Shown here piece after piece: positions 32,341 to 35,422 of a stretch of 35,422 nt of DNA (the first letter of the stretch is position 1; every line of letters starts with the position of its first letter). The notes under the pieces were generated by a model. That model was not told the DNA's origin. It saw only the letters and a program-made list of their open reading frames with translations, and did no database searches. Both the position numbers and the translations under genes were made by a program. Source of the DNA: a virus (lineage: Duplodnaviria; Caudoviricetes); the IMG/VR virus record IMGVR_UViG_3300037524_001388, positions 1 to 35,422 of that record; one strand, 5' to 3'.

Positions 32341-32795
32341 TTCGTCCCTCCAGCCAACTCATAGCGAAAGCGGCTCATGTCGAATTTGAGGCCCGGGCAG
32401 CTCTTGTTTTTGTCAAGTTCGCGGTGGCCCTTCACCTGGGCGAACGGGATCCCCCAGCGGGCGCAGATCCAGCGGGAGAGCGCGAGGGCGCGCTGCCAGA
32501 TCTGGTCGGAGGGCGGGTACAGGTCGAAGTCGCCCACCACGCAGAGCCCTAGGGTGGTCTCGTTGTGGCCCCGGCAATGGGCGCCGGGGCGGTCGGGCAT
32601 TCGGCCGAGGAGGATCTCGACCTCGCCGCCCACCCACTCGATCCCGAAATGGTAGCCGATGTCGGACCAGGGCAGGCCGCGGTAAGGGCTATCCGGGTGC
32701 TGCCCCGTATGCCAGCGGCGGATCGCGGACCAGGAGACGGTGCCTGAGTCGGCCGTGGCGCTGCAATGGATGATGAGCTGCTCGGGCCTGAACAT
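32325..32795 (-). CDS. Endolysin, N-acetylmuramoyl-L-alanine amidase (Amidase_2/T7 lysozyme-like)
   Basis: IIHCSAT, WSDIGYHF, GAHCRGHN and GHRE...KSCPG zinc-ligand motifs. ATG 32795. Confidence 0.92.
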   Translation of the reverse strand: MFRPEQLIIHCSATADSGTVSWSAIRRWHTGQHPDSPYRGLPWSDIGYHFGIEWVGGEVEILLGRMPDRPGAHCRGHNETTLGLCVVGDFDLYPPSDQIWQRALALSRWICARWGIPFAQVKGHRELDKNKSCPGLKFDMSRFRYELAGGTKWPPS

Positions 32796-32808
32796 ATAAG
32801 CAACACCT

Positions 32809-32833
32809 ATCGCGGCTGGCAGCCGCTCCCACA
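32809..32833 (-). repeat. REP (GTRG-family) palindromic element, copy 2
   Basis: Minus strand TGTGGGAGCGGCTGCCAGCCGCGAT, 24/25 identical to 3306-3330. Confidence 0.75.
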
Positions 32834-32846
32834 AATAGAGGATGCG

Positions 32847-33020
32847 CTATTCCGGATCCGGGAGGTCGTAGGGGCGGCGCTGGACAAAGCCGCGCTTGGT
32901 CTCCTCGTAGATCTGGTCGGCCTCGGCCTCGGTCTTGCCTGCGATCCGCATATATTCGAAATAGGTCTGGAGCGAGAGCCTGGCTAGCTCGAACATTCCG
33001 GCGACAATGACGGTATTCAT
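32847..33020 (-). CDS. Small lysis-cassette protein (57 aa, below the ORF-track cut-off)
   Basis: Strong AGGAGG RBS. MNTVIVAGMFELARLSLQTYFEYMRIAGKTEAEADQIYEETKRGFVQRRPYDLPDPE. Confidence 0.65.
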   Translation of the reverse strand: MNTVIVAGMFELARLSLQTYFEYMRIAGKTEAEADQIYEETKRGFVQRRPYDLPDPE

Positions 33021-33050
33021 GGCTTTAGCCTCCTATAGCGGTTTGTTGTT

Positions 33051-33710
33051 TTAAGGGCAGTCGGTACGGCCCCAGCCCTGGACGAAAAGCTGGTAGTCCA
33101 GAATGTTGCACTTGCCGTCCCGGTTCAGGTCGCACTCGCAGTCGTTCGGCAGGCCTCCCGACCCCGCCGGGGTGCCGCAGTCTTTTCGGCCCCAGTCCTG
33201 GATAAAAAGCTGGTAGTCGTTCATGTCGCAGGCGCCATCCTTCACCAGGTCGCAGGCGCAAGGCAGCGGAGCCGGGCCGCCCTGGGGCGTCGGCACGGTG
33301 CCCGATCTCATGGTCGCCGCGGTTTCAACCCCGCCGCTTTTCGGCGCGGCTTCAACCCCGCTTTTCTTCTTGCTCAAGACGCTGCGCTGGAGGCTGTCCA
33401 GAAGGCCCATGATAGCGGCCTCATCCGAGGGGGAGGGCGTGCCGCCGGCGGCCACGACGAGGTCGTAGGCCTGGATCATGGGGTAGATCGCGGTAAGGGC
33501 CTCTTTTTTCGCCCGCAGGATCTCTTTTTCCGCGGCGGTGAGCTCCGGGTAGGCCGCCTGGGTCAGGTAAAGGTCATATTGCACGTTGTAAACCTGCATG
33601 AAAAAGGCGGCTTTCTGCTTGGGGCTCCATTCGGTGATGGGTTTCACCTGCTGACCGGCGCAGGCAACGCAAACGAGGCAAATCATCAGACCCGCAATCA
33701 TTTTTCTCAT
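33051..33710 (-). CDS. Lipoprotein with two C-terminal dockerin/EF-hand-like repeats (219 aa)
   Basis: Signal peptide MRKMIAGLMICLVCVAC. Repeats CACDLVKDGACDMNDYQLFIQDWGRKDC and CECDLNRDGKCNILDYQLFVQGWGRTDC. Confidence 0.7.
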   Translation of the reverse strand: MRKMIAGLMICLVCVACAGQQVKPITEWSPKQKAAFFMQVYNVQYDLYLTQAAYPELTAAEKEILRAKKEALTAIYPMIQAYDLVVAAGGTPSPSDEAAIMGLLDSLQRSVLSKKKSGVEAAPKSGGVETAATMRSGTVPTPQGGPAPLPCACDLVKDGACDMNDYQLFIQDWGRKDCGTPAGSGGLPNDCECDLNRDGKCNILDYQLFVQGWGRTDCP

Positions 33711-34063
33711 CACTTTTCTCCTTTCCTGTTTTTGACGTAGTGGTCGAAGCTGCTCTTGATGCCGCCCACCTCGACCGCCAGGCTGCCGAGCTGGGTCAGG
33801 ATCACGTCGCGCTGGGCCTCGCGGCGGGCGTCCATAGAGTCGAGCTTCGCCCGCAGATCGGCGATCTTGCCGCAGAGGTGCTGCTGGCACTTGGTCTGCT
33901 CCTGGCCGCACTCGGCGCGCATGATGTAGATCGGGGTGCCGTCCTCGCGGTAGAGGGCGCGCTTCCATTCGCGGCGGGCCAAGGATGTCTGGCGGCGCAT
34001 GTCGTACCAGACCACTCCAAGGAGGCCGGCGGCGACGGCGCTCGGAAGCCAGGCGGCGTCCAT
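33710..34063 (-). CDS. Single-TM coiled-coil protein (holin-like, 117 aa)
   Basis: MDAAWLPSAVAAGLLGVVWY followed by a coiled coil. It heads the lysis cassette. Confidence 0.5.
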   Translation of the reverse strand: MDAAWLPSAVAAGLLGVVWYDMRRQTSLARREWKRALYREDGTPIYIMRAECGQEQTKCQQHLCGKIADLRAKLDSMDARREAQRDVILTQLGSLAVEVGGIKSSFDHYVKNRKGEK

Positions 34064-34413
34064 CAGGCGGCCTCGTCGGGGTCGGTGTTGATGACCCAAA
34101 ACTCCCCCGCCTCCTTTAGGGGGAGATTGGTGCCGAGCGAGGAGCTGTAGACCGCGGACACCTTGATGCGGCGCTTCTCGCGGGGGTTGGCCTCATCGAG
34201 GATCGCGAGATCCGCACCGCTTAAAACGATCGCGATGCTCGCCGCCGGCACCAGGGCGACATTTTCCCGGCTATTGACCACGGCCCCGTTCTGCGCGTAG
34301 AGCGACCAGCTCGCCGTGGTCGGAATGAGCGGGGCGCCATCCTCGTCGGCGAAGGTGACGATCACGCCGAAGGTGCTCTCCTTGTTGGCCGTCTTGCTCA
34401 AAGCGATAGGCAT
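34063..34413 (-). CDS. Putative virion structural protein (beta-rich, 116 aa)
   Basis: ESTFGVIVTFADEDGAPLIPTTASWSLY... is an Ig-like/baseplate-type pattern. Start 34413 or 34422. Confidence 0.5.
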   Translation of the reverse strand: MPIALSKTANKESTFGVIVTFADEDGAPLIPTTASWSLYAQNGAVVNSRENVALVPAASIAIVLSGADLAILDEANPREKRRIKVSAVYSSSLGTNLPLKEAGEFWVINTDPDEAA

Positions 34414-34646
34414 TCGTTGCACTCCATGGCGATTGAGGGGCGTTTCACCGCGGCCGAAAGCGCCGGGGCCTTGCCCGTTAAAGCCATACCGGCCGCAGCG
34501 GCCGAAAAGCCCGCTGCCGGCGCCCGGCCGGAAAGGCCGACCGCGGCAGCGGCCGCCTCCAGGCTTACAAACATGCAGGCGTAGGCATATTCGACGATCT
34601 GGAAGGCGTCGTTCTGGAACGCATTTTTCTGGAAGGCCGAGTTCAT
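34398..34646 (-). CDS. Hypothetical protein with AFQxxAFQxxAFQ N-terminus
   Basis: ATGA overlap with the methyltransferase stop. MNSAFQKNAFQNDAFQI. Confidence 0.55.
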   Translation of the reverse strand: MNSAFQKNAFQNDAFQIVEYAYACMFVSLEAAAAAVGLSGRAPAAGFSAAAAGMALTGKAPALSAAVKRPSIAMECNECLSL

Positions 34647-35197
34647 TCAGCTTTGACCATGGTCGCCTGGATGTCCATCACGGCGTTGGTGTACCATTGC
34701 GCTGCGAAGGTCTGCGCCTCCTGGCTTTTCATCTGCCACTCCTGGTGCAGCATGTAGCCCCAGGTGACCTGAAAATTGCATCGGTAGAGCTTATCGGTGT
34801 GCGGGGCGTTGGCACGGCGCCAGTCGCGCGATAGGTAGAAGAACCAGAATCCGACCACCGGGGGCCACTTGTGGGTGGGATCCCCCATGGAGCGCTCCGA
34901 GAAGCCGTATGGGCTTTGAACGACCGCCTTGCCGCCCGGCACAAGGACCCTCCACATTTCGTTGACGATGTGGGCGCGCTCGGCCGGGTCGAAGTGCTCG
35001 ATGAAGTGCGAGGCGTTGATCTCCTCGACCGAGCCGTCCGGCCAGGGCCACGGCTTGGTCAAGTCCTGCACCAGGTCCACCCCCGGAAACATCTGCGCAT
35101 CCACCCCGAAAAAACCCGGCCGCTTGTTGATGCCGCAGCCGAGATCCAGCCGGAGCAACGCCCCCGCCGGTGCCGCTTTTTGCTTTCTTTTTTTCAT
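34643..35197 (-). CDS. Class I SAM-dependent methyltransferase (184 aa)
   Basis: LDLGCG motif I, WPDGSVEEINASHFIEH, EMWRVLVPGG and DPTH motifs. Confidence 0.88.
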   Translation of the reverse strand: MKKRKQKAAPAGALLRLDLGCGINKRPGFFGVDAQMFPGVDLVQDLTKPWPWPDGSVEEINASHFIEHFDPAERAHIVNEMWRVLVPGGKAVVQSPYGFSERSMGDPTHKWPPVVGFWFFYLSRDWRRANAPHTDKLYRCNFQVTWGYMLHQEWQMKSQEAQTFAAQWYTNAVMDIQATMVKAE

Positions 35198-35218
35198 CCG
35201 CTCCTCCTCGTTTTGTTT

Positions 35219-35422
35219 TCACCAGACAATGTCGCGCTCCACTTCGTAGTGCCCGACCCGGACGCGGGTATCGACCGCGCAGCGGTGGCCGTGCTTGCGC
35301 GCCTCGCTCCAGAAGTAGAGATCCTGGGTGGTCACCCCGCCCTGGGTGCGGGTCTTGAACAGCACCTCCGGCAGGCGCGGGTCTTTCAGGCGCTGGAGCC
35401 GGAACAGGCAGAAGCCCATCCC
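35219..35422 (-). CDS. Glycosyltransferase family 2-like protein, C-terminal part (5' truncated)
   Basis: GMGFCLF...TQDLYFWSEARKHGHRCAVDTRVRVGHY resembles the GT-A C-terminal (E)D..F...A...G.....D......H pattern. Confidence 0.65.
   Translation of the reverse strand, partial: GMGFCLFRLQRLKDPRLPEVLFKTRTQGGVTTQDLYFWSEARKHGHRCAVDTRVRVGHYEVERDIVW

Larger units (their letters stand above)
1..35422. mobile_element. Temperate tailed phage (siphovirus-like) genome segment, probably circularly permuted/excised form
   Basis: Terminase, portal, capsid, tail tube, tape measure, tail tip, lysis, repressor and integrase genes fill the window. No host housekeeping genes were recognised. The integrase has phage genes on both sides. 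Confidence 0.95.

Noticed and set aside
33051-33260. Diversity-generating retroelement TR/VR pair in the duplicated C-terminal repeats
   Set aside because: Both repeats are in frame within one protein, the differences are not adenine-specific, and no reverse transcriptase is in the window.

Overview
The whole window is a high-GC temperate tailed phage (siphovirus-like, lambda-type terminase and portal, GTA-like tail tip). Its gene order suggests a circularly permuted or excised genome. Most genes are on the minus strand, reading from the right: Ner/Cro-like gene (27.7 kb), small early genes, long ParB, D5/P4 helicase, zinc-finger/TOPRIM primase, terS/terL, head genes, then tail genes running off the left edge. 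The right end carries a glycosyltransferase-like gene, a methyltransferase and a lysis cassette. A plus-strand block (27.8-31.5 kb) holds the CI-like repressor, two accessory genes, a tyrosine integrase, an AT-rich attP-like region and a hicB-hicA-like pair. The standout feature lies between the terminase and head genes (14.0-15.5 kb): a stand-alone Cas7/RAMP-like gene and a winged-helix partner, flanked on both sides by arrays of GGC-NN pentamers. The arrays have an invariant GGC, a variable dinucleotide, fixed GGATTTAT dividers and a shared 32-bp end. This looks like a non-CRISPR, repeat-RNA-guided system. From memory it resembles the recently described VIPR systems, which I cannot verify here. 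Other signals are dispersed CCCGTC/GACCGG hairpins with periodic mismatches, two REP elements, a -1 frameshift in the tail chaperone, a lambda-like cos candidate far from the terminase, an ori-like inverted repeat and a 14-6-14 palindrome after the integrase. All protein calls come from motifs and synteny read by eye; no searches were run.
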